Shown: positions 16,695-26,836 of the stretch, one piece after another
How the letters are laid out: every line of letters starts with the position of its first letter
Position numbering within the stretch: position 1 is the stretch's first letter
Assembly: GCA_963739515.1 (NCBI GenBank)
Contig: CAVUAO010000002.1
Span: forward strand, 156,880 to 220,879
DNA: 64,000 nucleotides
Reading direction: 5' to 3'
Source of the DNA: an uncultured Chloroflexia bacterium
GTDB lineage: Bacteria > Chloroflexota > Dehalococcoidia > Dehalococcoidales > RBG-16-60-22
The notes under the pieces: generated by a model
Seen by the model: only the letters and a program-made list of their open reading frames with translations
Databases searched by the model: none
Told to the model about the DNA's origin: nothing
Made by a program: the position numbers and the translations under genes

Positions 16695-17105
16695 ATGAAT
16701 AGTAGGTTAACCAGGACTCGACTCATTCTGGCGGTGGTCAGTACCTCCTTGGAGGAGGTGGTCATCTGGGTGATTTGGCGCTGGCTTCTACCTGAGTTCG
16801 GCGTTAATCTCCCGGTTGGTGTGCTCGTCGGCATCATGATAGCTTGGGCGGCTTTCGGTACCTGGCTCTTTATCTTTACCACCCGCACCCTGCGCAGGCA
16901 GCCCTCGGTAGGATTGCCTTCCATGGTGGGCGCCGTTGGCAGGGTCGCCAGCCGTTTGGCACCGGAGGGAATGGTCAGAATCAAGGGCGAGCTCTGGAAA
17001 GCCGCTTGCAACGAGGGCGATATCGAGTCCGGCGAAGACGTTATAGTCGTGAGTGAACGCGGCCTGAAGCTGGTCGTACGTAAAATCGACCGGACTACAC
17101 GTTGA
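16695..17105 (+). CDS. NfeD-like membrane protein (C-terminal OB domain)
   Basis: Two TM segments, then [28 protein letters not shown]. Confidence 0.8.
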   Translation: MNSRLTRTRLILAVVSTSLEEVVIWVIWRWLLPEFGVNLPVGVLVGIMIAWAAFGTWLFIFTTRTLRRQPSVGLPSMVGAVGRVASRLAPEGMVRIKGELWKAACNEGDIESGEDVIVVSERGLKLVVRKIDRTTR

Positions 17106-18204
17106 AGAGAAAGGTAATGACGTCGCCGTCCTGGACGACATAATCCTTACCTTCGAGCCGGAGCACCCCCTTTTTCCGCGCCTCGGCGATGCTGCCGCAA
17201 TTGACCAGGTCGTCTGAAGCTGATGCCTTCCGCGCGGATAAAACCCTTTCTCCATGTCCGTGTGGATTTTGCCGGCGGCTTTCAGCGCGGTGGTGCCTTT
17301 CTTGATTGGCCACGCCCTGACTTCGTTCGAGGCTATCGGTAAAAAAGGTGATGAGGTCGGAAAGCTCGTAGGACATCTTGATGGTGCGTTCCAGCCCCGA
17401 TTCTTTAATGCCGTACTCCGCGCGGAACTCTTGAGCGGCGCTTTCTTCGAGCTGCGCCAGCTCCATTTCCAGCTTGCCGCAGAGCGTTATCATGCGGCAT
17501 TTCGCCCCTGAGGATTGCTTGTTTAGCTCCGCTTCCATCGCGGCCGCCTGTGCCAGCTGTTCTTCCCCGATATTCACGACGATAAGCAGCGGCTTGGCGG
17601 TGAGGAACTGGTAGTTGGTGATAAACCTTGCCTCCGCCGACTCCATGGCGAGCTCCCGGAGGGGTTTATCGTTTTCCAGTTCGGTTTTGAACTTCAACAG
17701 GATGTCTTTTTCTTGTAAAAATCCCTGCCGCTCGCCGGGTTTAGCCCCCTTCATCGAAGTCTCGAGTTTCTCCAGCCTGCGCTCCATGATGGCCAGGTCG
17801 GAGAAGACGAGCTCCATGTTCAGCGTCCCGATGTCCCTCTTAACGTCCAGGCTGCCCTGCGGATGGGGCAGGCTGTCGTCTTTAAAGGCGCGGACGACGC
17901 AGATGAGCGTATCCACCGTGCTGAGCTGGTTGAGCAGTTGGCCGCCCAGCCCCTTGTCCTGCGCCAGCGTCTTGACCGACGCCCCCACGTCGGTATATTT
18001 GGCTTCGACCGCGACGAGTTTATGCGGATGGAGTATCTCATTCAGGACTTTGAGGCGCGGTTCTGGCACCCTGGCGATGCCGATGTGCTGGTTTAGTCCC
18101 TCCGCGCCGTGGGTGGCCGTGTCGGCTTTGCCCCCGGTCAGGGCGTTAAAAATGGTCGTCTTGCCGCTCTGGGCTAAGCCTATGATGCCGATATTGATGC
18201 TCAT
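17095..18204 (-). CDS. ychF: Ribosome-binding ATPase YchF (three compensating indels at about 17210-17345)
   Basis: [40 protein letters not shown]. The conserved [23 protein letters not shown] segment lies in shifted frames. Confidence 0.95.
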   Translation of the reverse strand: MSINIGIIGLAQSGKTTIFNALTGGKADTATHGAEGLNQHIGIARVPEPRLKVLNEILHPHKLVAVEAKYTDVGASVKTLAQDKGLGGQLLNQLSTVDTLICVVRAFKDDSLPHPQGSLDVKRDIGTLNMELVFSDLAIMERRLEKLETSMKGAKPGERQGFLQEKDILLKFKTELENDKPLRELAMESAEARFITNYQFLTAKPLLIVVNIGEEQLAQAAAMEAELNKQSSGAKCRMITLCGKLEMELAQLEESAAQEFRAEYGIKESGLERTIKMSYELSDLITFFTDSLERSQGVANQERHHRAESRRQNPHGHGERVLSARKASASDDLVNCGSIAEARKKGVLRLEGKDYVVQDGDVITFLFNV

Positions 18205-18237
18205 CGGTGCCACGCTAAGTTGGAACAGGTGGGTCTT

Positions 18238-18477
18238 TCAGCGACCTTTTCTGACTATGACGCGGGCTTTATTGAGGGCCAGGTCCCTTTCATCGATGTT
18301 CATCTTGTCGTTGGCGACTAGGTTGAGCAGGACCAGCAGCGACTCGTGGGAGGCCATCTCGCCGAGCTGGTTGATGGCCTGGATACGCATTTTACTGGAG
18401 AGTTGCATGTCCGTGGCGATGCTGGCCAGTTTTTTTAGTTCGTCGGCGGTTTCTTCACCCGTTTGGTCTTGGAGCAT
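18238..18477 (-). CDS. Small helical hypothetical protein (HEAT-like)
   Basis: 79 aa with GAGGTG RBS, co-oriented upstream of ychF. Confidence 0.65.
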   Translation of the reverse strand: MLQDQTGEETADELKKLASIATDMQLSSKMRIQAINQLGEMASHESLLVLLNLVANDKMNIDERDLALNKARVIVRKGR

Positions 18478-18621
18478 CGTATCTCACCTCTCGGTTTAGC
18501 GTTAGGATTTATCTATTAATTCTCTCGGTGCGATTATTCCCTAACGGCGGTATTTTGTCAACATTAACCGCCGGTCGCGGTTATGGTAAAATAAGAAAAA
18601 TCCCTTTTTGGGGGGTGACGT

Positions 18622-19632
18622 TTGCTCCATATTCTCATCGGCGAGGATGATTATTCCCGGCACCAGGCGCTTGACGAGATAAAAAAAGCCGTCGGCGACC
18701 CCGCCGCCCTGTTGTCCAATACGATAGTCCTTGACGGGAAAACGGTGGCGTTGGATCAGCTTCGTAATGCCTGTGAGACGGTTCCTTTCCTGGCAGAGAA
18801 ACGCCTGGTCCTCGTCGAGGGTGTGTTGGAGCGTTTCGAGCCGCCTAAAAAGAATGACAAGAAAAAGGCGCCGCGCCCCGCCGCCCATTTGGAAGAAATC
18901 AAGAAAATAGTCGATATCGCTAAAGCCTTGCCGCCGTTCACCGAGCTGGTTTTTATCAGCGGTAGCGTTAAAAGCGGCAACCCCCTTTTACGCGAGCTTT
19001 CTGCTGTGGCTAAAACTCGGGTTTTTCCCTTGCTCAATAAGAATCAATTGACGGAATGGGTAGAGCGGCAGGTGAAACGGGCCGGCGGCAGCATTTCGTC
19101 GCCGGCGGTGAGCGCTATCATCAGGTTCGTGGGCAATGATCTCTGGGCTATGGCCGGCGAGGTCGATAAACTCATCCTCTATACCGCCGGCCGCCGTATT
19201 GAGGAAGCGGATATCAAGGCTGTAGTCAGCTATGCCCGTGAAGAAAAAATTTATGAGATGGTCGATGCCGTCCTGGAACTGCGGGCTGGCGCCGCCCAGG
19301 AAGCGCTACAGCAACTATTGCAGCAGGGCATGGCACCGGCCCAGCTGCTGGCGAGCCTTTCCTCGCAGGTCAGGACGATTTTTCTGGTGAAGGAAATGAG
19401 AAATCAGGGCAAGTCCCGGAATGAGGTTCAGACTAAACTTGGCTTGAACTCCGATTTTTTGGTCCGCAAGGCTTGGGAGCAGTCGGAAAAATATTCTCCG
19501 GCCCGTCTTCGTGAGCTTTATCACCGGCTGTTGGAGGCGGATGTGTCCATCAAGACGGGTAAACTGGACGGCGAGCTCGCTCTGGATATCCTGGTTGCCG
19601 AGCTCGGGCAGCAAGGCGCGGTCGCTTTTTAA
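18622..19632 (+). CDS. holA: DNA polymerase III delta subunit
   Basis: ILIGEDDY, TVPFLAEKRLVLV, GNDLW..E..KL, D..IKTG. Confidence 0.93.
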   Translation: MLHILIGEDDYSRHQALDEIKKAVGDPAALLSNTIVLDGKTVALDQLRNACETVPFLAEKRLVLVEGVLERFEPPKKNDKKKAPRPAAHLEEIKKIVDIAKALPPFTELVFISGSVKSGNPLLRELSAVAKTRVFPLLNKNQLTEWVERQVKRAGGSISSPAVSAIIRFVGNDLWAMAGEVDKLILYTAGRRIEEADIKAVVSYAREEKIYEMVDAVLELRAGAAQEALQQLLQQGMAPAQLLASLSSQVRTIFLVKEMRNQGKSRNEVQTKLGLNSDFLVRKAWEQSEKYSPARLRELYHRLLEADVSIKTGKLDGELALDILVAELGQQGAVAF

Positions 19633-19660
19633 TGCCGTCATATTTAGAGGAGGAGAAGAG

Positions 19661-20509
19661 ATGAAGATTTCGGAAAAATCACCGCAGGACAGGTATGTCA
19701 AGGTCGGCGATATCAACACGCGTTTCTGGTCGGCGGGCGAAAAAGGGAGTGCGATAATTCTCGTCCACGGCCTGGGCGGATTTATCGAGAATTGGATATC
19801 TAACATCGGCCCTCTATCGAAAGACCATCGTGTTTACGCTATGGATTTGTTGGGCTTCGGGCGTACCGACAAAGCCCCTTTGACACCTGATTTGAATGAC
19901 CTGGTGGTATTTATTCACGACTTCATGAAAACTCAGGGCATCGCCAGCGCCAGTCTGGTGGGGAACTCTCTGGGCGGCGGCCTGGTTCTGCAGTTTGCTC
20001 TGAAATATCCGGAAGAAGTGGAGAAACTGGTGCTGGTGGACAATGCCGGGATGGGCAGAGGCGTGATTTTCGACTTTAAATTGTGCTCTCTTCCCTTATT
20101 GGGGGAGCTTTTAATCCGTCCGAATCCCAAGAGCACCGCGAGCTTATGGAAAAAAATAGTTTACGACTCAAGCCTGTTAACGCCCGAACTACTCGACCTG
20201 AGCTATCGTCTGGCGGCTGAGCCCGGTGCCAAGCAAGCCTTGCTGGTGGCCTTGCGCGCCGGCATCGACCTTTTCGGGCAGCGTGCCGCGCTGGTCCGGC
20301 AGTTGATCGGTTCTCTGGCAGGACTTAACAAACCGGTCTTAATTACCTGGGGCCGGCAGGACCGCATTATCCCCTTTGCCCACGCCCGCTTGGCTTTAGA
20401 AAAAATTCCCGGCGCCAGGCTGGAAGTTTTCGAAAGCTGCGGGCACATGCCGCAGCTGGAACACCCCGATAAGTTCAATAAGCTCGTGCTCGATTTTCTG
20501 GCGGAGTAA
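19661..20509 (+). CDS. Alpha/beta fold hydrolase
   Basis: LVHGLGG, DLLGFGRTD, GNSLGG, WGRQD, CGHMPQLEHP; ATG at 19661 after GAGGAGG. Confidence 0.9.
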   Translation: MKISEKSPQDRYVKVGDINTRFWSAGEKGSAIILVHGLGGFIENWISNIGPLSKDHRVYAMDLLGFGRTDKAPLTPDLNDLVVFIHDFMKTQGIASASLVGNSLGGGLVLQFALKYPEEVEKLVLVDNAGMGRGVIFDFKLCSLPLLGELLIRPNPKSTASLWKKIVYDSSLLTPELLDLSYRLAAEPGAKQALLVALRAGIDLFGQRAALVRQLIGSLAGLNKPVLITWGRQDRIIPFAHARLALEKIPGARLEVFESCGHMPQLEHPDKFNKLVLDFLAE

Positions 20510-20524
20510 TTAAAAAGATAAAAA

Positions 20525-21514
20525 ATGCCGAAAAAGACTGTGCCGGTTATCGCCGTGGACATCGGCGGTACGAAAATATTGACCGCCCTTTTTTCCTCCG
20601 GTGGTAAAATGCTGGCTAGAGAAGTCTGCCCTACCCTTCCCGAAGAAGGGGTAAAGCAGGTCGTGGCACGTCTCTGTTCGGCTATCGCCGGACTTTTACA
20701 CAAAAATAGTCTTAAGCCTTCTCAACTGGCTGCTGTCGGTATCGCCTGCGCTGGCGGTATAGATACCGGCCGCGGTGTGGTCATGACGCCTTCCCCCAAT
20801 ATGTCGGATTGGGTGAATGTTCCCCTGGAGGATATCGTCCGGAAAAAATTTGGCGTCAGCACTTATATCATTAATGACGCCAGCGCCGCTGCCCTGGGAG
20901 AACATCGTTATGGGGCTGGCCGGGGAGTAAAAAATTTCGTTTTATTTACTCTCGGTACCGGTATCGGCGGGGGTATTATTGTAGATGGTAAACTATATCT
21001 GGGCTCTGTCGGTGGTGCCGGCGAGCTCGGCCACATGACGATTGCCGCGGACGGGCCCAGGTGTGGTTGCGGCAACATTGGTTGCCTGGAAATGCTGGCC
21101 TCCGGACGCGCCGTGGAGAGGGACGCTATCGGCCGACTCCGCCGCGGAGGAAAATCCGTTCTTCGTGATGTCGTTGGGGGCGATATTAACGGTGTTACCG
21201 CGGCACAGGTGGGCGCGGCCGCCCGCGCCGGTGACAAGATGGCCTTGGATGTACTCTCCCGGGCGGCTGGCTATCTTGGCGTCGGTATGGTAAATGCGGT
21301 TAACATCTTCAACCCGGAGATGGTGATTATCGGCGGTGGTATGGCGGAACTCGGCGATATCTTCATCGAGCCAGGCCGGCGCCTGGTGCAGGAGAGGGCT
21401 TTTTCCGTGTCTTCGGGTTTAGTGCGTATCGTGACCGCCCAGCTCGGCAACGATGCCGGGGTTTACGGCGCGGCCGTCTACGCCCTTGAGCAGGTCAAGA
21501 GGAGGCAGAAATGA
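20525..21514 (+). CDS. ROK family sugar kinase (glucokinase-like)
   Basis: VDIGGTK, NDASAAALGE, TLGTGIGGG, GELGH, CGCGNIGCLE. Confidence 0.93.
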   Translation: MPKKTVPVIAVDIGGTKILTALFSSGGKMLAREVCPTLPEEGVKQVVARLCSAIAGLLHKNSLKPSQLAAVGIACAGGIDTGRGVVMTPSPNMSDWVNVPLEDIVRKKFGVSTYIINDASAAALGEHRYGAGRGVKNFVLFTLGTGIGGGIIVDGKLYLGSVGGAGELGHMTIAADGPRCGCGNIGCLEMLASGRAVERDAIGRLRRGGKSVLRDVVGGDINGVTAAQVGAAARAGDKMALDVLSRAAGYLGVGMVNAVNIFNPEMVIIGGGMAELGDIFIEPGRRLVQERAFSVSSGLVRIVTAQLGNDAGVYGAAVYALEQVKRRQK

Positions 21515-22371
21515 AAGTTCGCAAAGCGGTTATTATTGCAGCCGGTCGCGGCACGCGGTTCCTGCCCATAACGAGGTCGCTCCCTAAGGAGATGATGCCG
21601 TTAGTAGATAAGCCGCTGATTCAATACAGCGTGGCGGAGGCGCTCGATTCGGGCATTACCCAGATAATCATGGTCACCGCTCAGGGTAAGTCCGCCATGG
21701 AGGATTATTTCGACCGTTCTCTGGATTTGGAATATTTCCTGGAGCTAAAGGGGGAGAAGGAAAAGCTGGGGCAGATGCGGGAGCTGGCCCGGATGGTTGA
21801 TGTCTGCTATGTCCGCCAGAAAGAGCAGCTTGGCCTGGGTCATGCGATTTTGATCGCCCGCGAACTCGTCGGCGATGAGCCTTTCGCCGTGATACTCCCC
21901 GATGATATTATCAATAGCAAGGTGCCCTGTCTCCGGCAGATGGTCGCCGTCTTTGAGAGGTATGGCGCGGGTGTCATCGCGGTGGAGCAGGTCAGTGACG
22001 AGGATACCCGGAAATACGGCGTTATCAAGCCCCGCCGTGTAGCGGACAAAATTTATCAGGTTTTAGACCTGGTGGAGAAACCCGAGCCGTCCCGAGCGCC
22101 TTCCCGCCTGGGTATTGTCGGCCGGTATATCCTTACACCCCAGATATTTGACGTCCTGAAAGTCACCCCTCCCGGAGCGGACAAAGAGGTACAGGTGACC
22201 GACGCCCTTCACGTCTTGCTCCAGCAACAGGAGTTGTATGCCTTGGAGTTTGAAGGTGTCCGCTATGATACGGGCACGCCGCTCGGCTGGCTCAAGGCCA
22301 ATATCGCCCTGGCTTTAAACCGGGCTGATATCGGCCCCGAGCTCAGGGATTACCTGAAAAGACTCCGGTAA
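21511..22371 (+). CDS. galU: UTP-glucose-1-phosphate uridylyltransferase
   Basis: AAGRGTRFLP.T..PKEM, QKEQLGLGHA, VEKP. Confidence 0.95.
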   Translation: MKVRKAVIIAAGRGTRFLPITRSLPKEMMPLVDKPLIQYSVAEALDSGITQIIMVTAQGKSAMEDYFDRSLDLEYFLELKGEKEKLGQMRELARMVDVCYVRQKEQLGLGHAILIARELVGDEPFAVILPDDIINSKVPCLRQMVAVFERYGAGVIAVEQVSDEDTRKYGVIKPRRVADKIYQVLDLVEKPEPSRAPSRLGIVGRYILTPQIFDVLKVTPPGADKEVQVTDALHVLLQQQELYALEFEGVRYDTGTPLGWLKANIALALNRADIGPELRDYLKRLR

Positions 22372-22450
22372 TTCGTTCTCTCGTTGACAGCCAGCTATCG
22401 TTGCACTTAAAATCATAGGTAAGCATATTTCCGTCTTATGGAGTTATCCG

Positions 22451-25060
22451 GTGAAGAGTGACGATTTACGTTCTTTATTTCTGAAATTTTTCGAGGAGAA
22501 AGGGCATAAGGTCATCCCTAGCTCTTCCCTGATTCCTGTGGGCGACCCCACTCTACTGTTGACTAATGCCGGCATGGTCCAGATTAAGCCCTATTTCCTG
22601 GGGGAGGCCGTGCCGCCTTCCCGCCGCCTGGCTTCCTGCCAGAAATGCTTCAGGACTTCCGATATCGAGGAGGTGGGCGATGCCACCCACCTGACCTTCT
22701 TCGAGATGCTGGGCAATTTCAGCGTCGGCGACTATTTCAAGAAGGAGGCCATCGCCTGGGCGTGGGAGTTCTTTACGGTACGTTTGAAGCTTCCTCCTGA
22801 AAAGCTCTGGATAACAATTTTTCTTGATGATGACGAATCGTTCGATATCTGGCAGAAAGTCGGCATTCCCGAGAATAAAATAGTGCGCTTCGGTGAGAAG
22901 GATAATTTCTGGGGTCCGGCGGGCAGCTCTGGTCCCTGCGGTCCCTGCAGCGAAATTCATTACGACTTCGGGGCGGAAATCGGCTGCGGCAAAGCCGACT
23001 GCCAGCCGAACTGTGAGTGCGGCCGCTTTACGGAAATCTGGAACCTGGTCTTTACCCAGTATAATCAGGACGAAAAAGGCCATCGTACGCCGCTGCCCCG
23101 GCCGAATATCGATACCGGCCTGGGTTTAGATCGGGTCGTTGCGGTAATGCAGGGCAAGAAGTCGGTTTACGATACCGACCTTTTCATCCCTTTGCTTGAT
23201 ATCGTTTCTAAATTGACCGGTAAAAAATACGGCGTTGCTGTGGAAGATGATATTGCCATGCGGGTGGTGGCCGACCATGCCCGCGCCCTGGCTTTCCTCA
23301 TCGCCGATGGCGTCCTTCCGGATAACGAAGGACGTGGCTATGTGCTGCGCCGTCTCCTGCGGCGGGCGGCGCTCTTTGGCCGGCGACTTGGATTGGATAA
23401 GCCTTTTCTTGCCGGGATAGCCGCGGAGGCTGTTAAAAAAATGAGCCATGTCTATCCCGAGCTTAACCAGCGTCAGGATTTCATCGATAAGGTCGTTAAG
23501 CTTGAGGAGACCCGTTTTGAAGAGACACTGAGCAACGGACTGGAAATTATCGATAGCGTTTTGTCTAAAGCGGCGACGAAGAAGGCTAAAAAAATTTCTG
23601 GCGCGGACGCCTTTAAATTATATGATACCTACGGTTTCCCCGTAGAGCTCACGAAAGAAATAGTATCCCAACAGGGTTTTTCCGTGGATATGGCCGGCTT
23701 TGAGAAGGAAATGGAGAAGCAGCGGGAACGGGCGCGCGCCACTCATAAATTCGATATCGCCGCGGGGGGCGGTGTTACCAGACTGGATGTCACTGGCACG
23801 GAGTTCGTCGGCTATTCCTGCCTGGCACAAAAAGCGAAAGTTATTAAAATATTAATCGATGGTAAAGAGATTGATACTATTGAGGCGGGTCAATCGGCCG
23901 GTATGGTTCTGGACATCACACCTTTCTACGCCGAGATGGGCGGCCAGGTCGGCGATACGGGCGAAATCGCTGGCCCGACGGGCAGGTTCTCCGTTAACGC
24001 TTCTGTTCGCCTCCAACGGGATATTACCGTGCATCAAGGCAAGCTCATCGAGGGGTCTTTAAAAGTAGGGGACGAAGTCGAGGCTCTCGTTGATGTCGAG
24101 CGCCGACACGATATCGCCCGCAACCACACCGCCACCCACCTCCTCCAGGCGGCCCTGCGGCAGGTACTCGGCGGGCATATCCAGCAGCGCGGCTCGCTCG
24201 TTGCCCCGGACCGCCTTCGCTTTGACTTTTCCCACCTGGCGGCTATGACCCCGGACGAAATTAAAGCCGTCCAGCGTATCGTTAACGAAAGGGTTCGCCA
24301 GAACATTAGGGTCTTCGATGAAGAGACCGATTACAAGAAAGCCGTCGCCTCGGGGGCGATTGCTTTATTCGATGAAAAGTACGGGGATGTTGTCCGCGTG
24401 ATGCGTATCGGCGAGCCGGCCGTCAGCGCCGAGCTTTGCGGCGGCACTCATGTTTCCTCTACCGGTGAAATCGGTTATTTCCATATCCTCAATGAGGGCA
24501 GCATCGGTGCCGGCCTGCGACGCATTGAAGCGGTTACCGGTCGCTCTGCGGAGGCTTTACTTGAGGGGCGCCTGTCCGACTTGGATGTTATCTCTCATTC
24601 TCTGGAAGCTTCACCGGAAAAAGTGAGGGAAAAAGTTGAGGCGTTGTTAAACGAGCTGGAAAAAGAAAAAAAACGCGCGCTTTCCTTGGAGAAGACTTTA
24701 TCTAAAAACGAAGCCGAATCCTTGCTGGGCAAAGTAGAAGTAATCAAAGGCATTAACGTTCTCTCGGCGCGGGTGTCTTCGGACAATCAATCCGTCCTGC
24801 GGGAAATGGCTGATTTTCTCCGGGATAAGATGGGCAGCGGTATCATCGTCTTGGGGACTATTAGCAATGACCGGCCGATTTTTATTGCCGCGGTCACTCC
24901 CGACCTCGTCGCCAAGGGCTATAATGCCGGCGATATCGTTAAGCAGGTCTCGCAGGTGACCGGCGGTGGCGGTGGTGGTAAACCCAACTTCGCCCAGGCA
25001 GGGGGCAGGGATAAGGACAAGCTGGATGATGCCCTGCGTCTGGTCAAAAGCTTAATATAA
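22451..25060 (+). CDS. alaS: Alanine--tRNA ligase
   Basis: DPTLLLTNAGM, HLTFFEMLGNFS, NHTATHLL, ELCGGTHV, GGGGGKPNFAQAGG. Confidence 0.99.
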   Translation: MKSDDLRSLFLKFFEEKGHKVIPSSSLIPVGDPTLLLTNAGMVQIKPYFLGEAVPPSRRLASCQKCFRTSDIEEVGDATHLTFFEMLGNFSVGDYFKKEAIAWAWEFFTVRLKLPPEKLWITIFLDDDESFDIWQKVGIPENKIVRFGEKDNFWGPAGSSGPCGPCSEIHYDFGAEIGCGKADCQPNCECGRFTEIWNLVFTQYNQDEKGHRTPLPRPNIDTGLGLDRVVAVMQGKKSVYDTDLFIPLLDIVSKLTGKKYGVAVEDDIAMRVVADHARALAFLIADGVLPDNEGRGYVLRRLLRRAALFGRRLGLDKPFLAGIAAEAVKKMSHVYPELNQRQDFIDKVVKLEETRFEETLSNGLEIIDSVLSKAATKKAKKISGADAFKLYDTYGFPVELTKEIVSQQGFSVDMAGFEKEMEKQRERARATHKFDIAAGGGVTRLDVTGTEFVGYSCLAQKAKVIKILIDGKEIDTIEAGQSAGMVLDITPFYAEMGGQVGDTGEIAGPTGRFSVNASVRLQRDITVHQGKLIEGSLKVGDEVEALVDVERRHDIARNHTATHLLQAALRQVLGGHIQQRGSLVAPDRLRFDFSHLAAMTPDEIKAVQRIVNERVRQNIRVFDEETDYKKAVASGAIALFDEKYGDVVRVMRIGEPAVSAELCGGTHVSSTGEIGYFHILNEGSIGAGLRRIEAVTGRSAEALLEGRLSDLDVISHSLEASPEKVREKVEALLNELEKEKKRALSLEKTLSKNEAESLLGKVEVIKGINVLSARVSSDNQSVLREMADFLRDKMGSGIIVLGTISNDRPIFIAAVTPDLVAKGYNAGDIVKQVSQVTGGGGGGKPNFAQAGGRDKDKLDDALRLVKSLI

Positions 25061-25074
25061 GCAGGGAGGTTGAC

Positions 25075-25521
25075 ATAACGCGTATCATGGGACTGGATAT
25101 AGGGGACAGCCGTATTGGCATCGCTCTCAGCGACCCCCTTGGTATCCTGGCTACCCCGCTGACGATCATTAATCGGTCAGGTGAATCGGCCGCTATCGAG
25201 AAAATAGCCGATATCGTCCGCAAGAAAGAAGTCGGCCGGGTCATTGCCGGCCTGCCGCTGAACATGGACGGCACCCAGGGCCAGCAGGCGCTTAAGACCA
25301 GAGTTTTTGTTCAGGAACTGTCGCGTTTTCTTGAAGTCCCCGTAGAGTATCGCGATGAACGTCTTTCTACGATATCCGCCAAGGGGCTCGTCCAGGGGGT
25401 GAGGAAGACCACTCGTGAGACCCGCTACGATGCCGCCGCCGCGGCTTTGATTTTACAGAGCTATCTGGACGATTCCTCTCGCCGTGAAGCCCTCCCTGAC
25501 GATTTCCCCCCTCCCGAATGA
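25075..25521 (+). CDS. ruvX: YqgF/RuvX family nuclease (start probably ATA at 25075, otherwise ATG at 25087)
   Basis: RIMGLDIGDSRIGIALSD, GLPLNMDG, DERLST, DAAAAALILQSYLD. Confidence 0.93.
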   Translation: MTRIMGLDIGDSRIGIALSDPLGILATPLTIINRSGESAAIEKIADIVRKKEVGRVIAGLPLNMDGTQGQQALKTRVFVQELSRFLEVPVEYRDERLSTISAKGLVQGVRKTTRETRYDAAAAALILQSYLDDSSRREALPDDFPPPE

Positions 25522-25620
25522 GAAAGTGTCCTTCCGTCCATCGGTTCTCTTTGTTCTCCCCCGCGCTGTTTATCCTCCGTAGCTTTAACGTACGAGGGCC
25601 CTCGTCTCATCTCCTGCTGA

Positions 25621-25660
25621 TAACTAAAAACTAATAACTAATAACTAGTAACTAGTAACT
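25621..25660. repeat. Heptamer tandem repeat, about 5.7 units of (T/A)AACTA(A/G)
   Basis: TAACTAA AAACTAA TAACTAA TAACTAG TAACTAG TAACT; two similar units at 1474-1487. Confidence 0.85.
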
Positions 25661-25759
25661 CCCTTTATTGACAAGCATTTTACCCCGCGAGTATTATTTA
25701 ATTGTATAGTGTGCATTTTGCCTGATTCATAAAAAAGGACGATAAGATAGGATAGTTTT

Positions 25760-26821
25760 ATGGCTGTAAAGCGTGATTACTATGAGGTACTCGGGTTGCC
25801 CCGCGATGCCTCGCCGGAAGATATTAAGAAGGCTTTTCGCAAGCTGGCTTTCCAGTATCACCCGGACCGCAATAAGGATGACGGCGCCTCGGAAAAATTC
25901 AAGGAAGTCAACGAGGCTTATGAAGTCCTCTCCGATACCGATAAGCGTGCCACCTACGACCGCTTCGGACACGGCGGCGCCGAGGGGCTTTTTGGCGGGC
26001 GGGGCTTTGAGGGATTTGATTTCGGCGGCTTCGGGGATATCTTTGAGGCCTTTTTCGGCGGTACCGGTACGGCCACCCGCCAGGCGCCGCGTCGCGGCAA
26101 CGACCTGCGTTATACTGTCTCCCTGACCTTTGAGGAGGCGGCCTTGGGCTGTGAGAAAGAGATAGATATCAACCGCACCGAGCTCTGTGCCACCTGCCAC
26201 GGTACGCGTTCCAAGCCGGGCAGTCAGCCCGTCCGCTGTAATGCCTGCGACGGCACCGGTCAGATACGGCGGGTGCAGCGCAGCCTCTTCGGCCAGTTTA
26301 TCAATACCTCCGTCTGCCCCCAGTGCCGCGGCGAGGGCAAAATCATTACCGACCCCTGTCCCGACTGCCGTGGTTCCGGCTTTCAGAAACACAAGCGGGA
26401 TATTCTGGTCAAAGTGCCCGCCGGCATTGACGACGGTAACGGTATTCGACTCACCGGTGAGGGTGATGCCGGTTTTCGCAGCGGTTCGGCGGGCAATCTG
26501 TATGTCGTGGTTTCGGTAAAAAAGCACCGCTTTTTCACCCGCGAGGGCGATAATGTTGTTTATGACCTGCCGGTCAACTTTACCCAGGCGGCCCTTGGCG
26601 CCGAGTTGGACGTGCCGACCCTTCACGGCGAAACCAGAATGAAAATCCCCGCCGGCAGCCAGACCGGCAGAGTCTTTAAGCTTAAGGACAAAGGCATTCC
26701 CCATCTGCGCGGGATGGGACGCGGCGACCAGCTCGTCGTGTTGCGGGTGGTGACCCCGGAATCGCTGACTAAAGAGCAGCGTAAGCTGTTCGAAGACTTG
26801 GCGAAGAGTCTGGGTGCGTAA
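25760..26821 (+). CDS. dnaJ: Chaperone DnaJ
   Basis: J-domain HPD, G/F region, four CxxCxGxG-like repeats; TTGACA promoter at about 25668. Confidence 0.98.
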   Translation: MAVKRDYYEVLGLPRDASPEDIKKAFRKLAFQYHPDRNKDDGASEKFKEVNEAYEVLSDTDKRATYDRFGHGGAEGLFGGRGFEGFDFGGFGDIFEAFFGGTGTATRQAPRRGNDLRYTVSLTFEEAALGCEKEIDINRTELCATCHGTRSKPGSQPVRCNACDGTGQIRRVQRSLFGQFINTSVCPQCRGEGKIITDPCPDCRGSGFQKHKRDILVKVPAGIDDGNGIRLTGEGDAGFRSGSAGNLYVVVSVKKHRFFTREGDNVVYDLPVNFTQAALGAELDVPTLHGETRMKIPAGSQTGRVFKLKDKGIPHLRGMGRGDQLVVLRVVTPESLTKEQRKLFEDLAKSLGA

Positions 26822-26836
26822 AAAGGGTGAGGCTGT

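Noticed and set aside
17210..17345. Novel C-terminal segment in YchF
   Set aside because: The conserved [18 protein letters not shown] sequence is present in shifted frames; three extra bases mimic an in-frame replacement.
25518..25634. 38-codon ORF overlapping the ruvX stop
   Set aside because: It runs through repeat remnants and has no RBS or recognisable motif.
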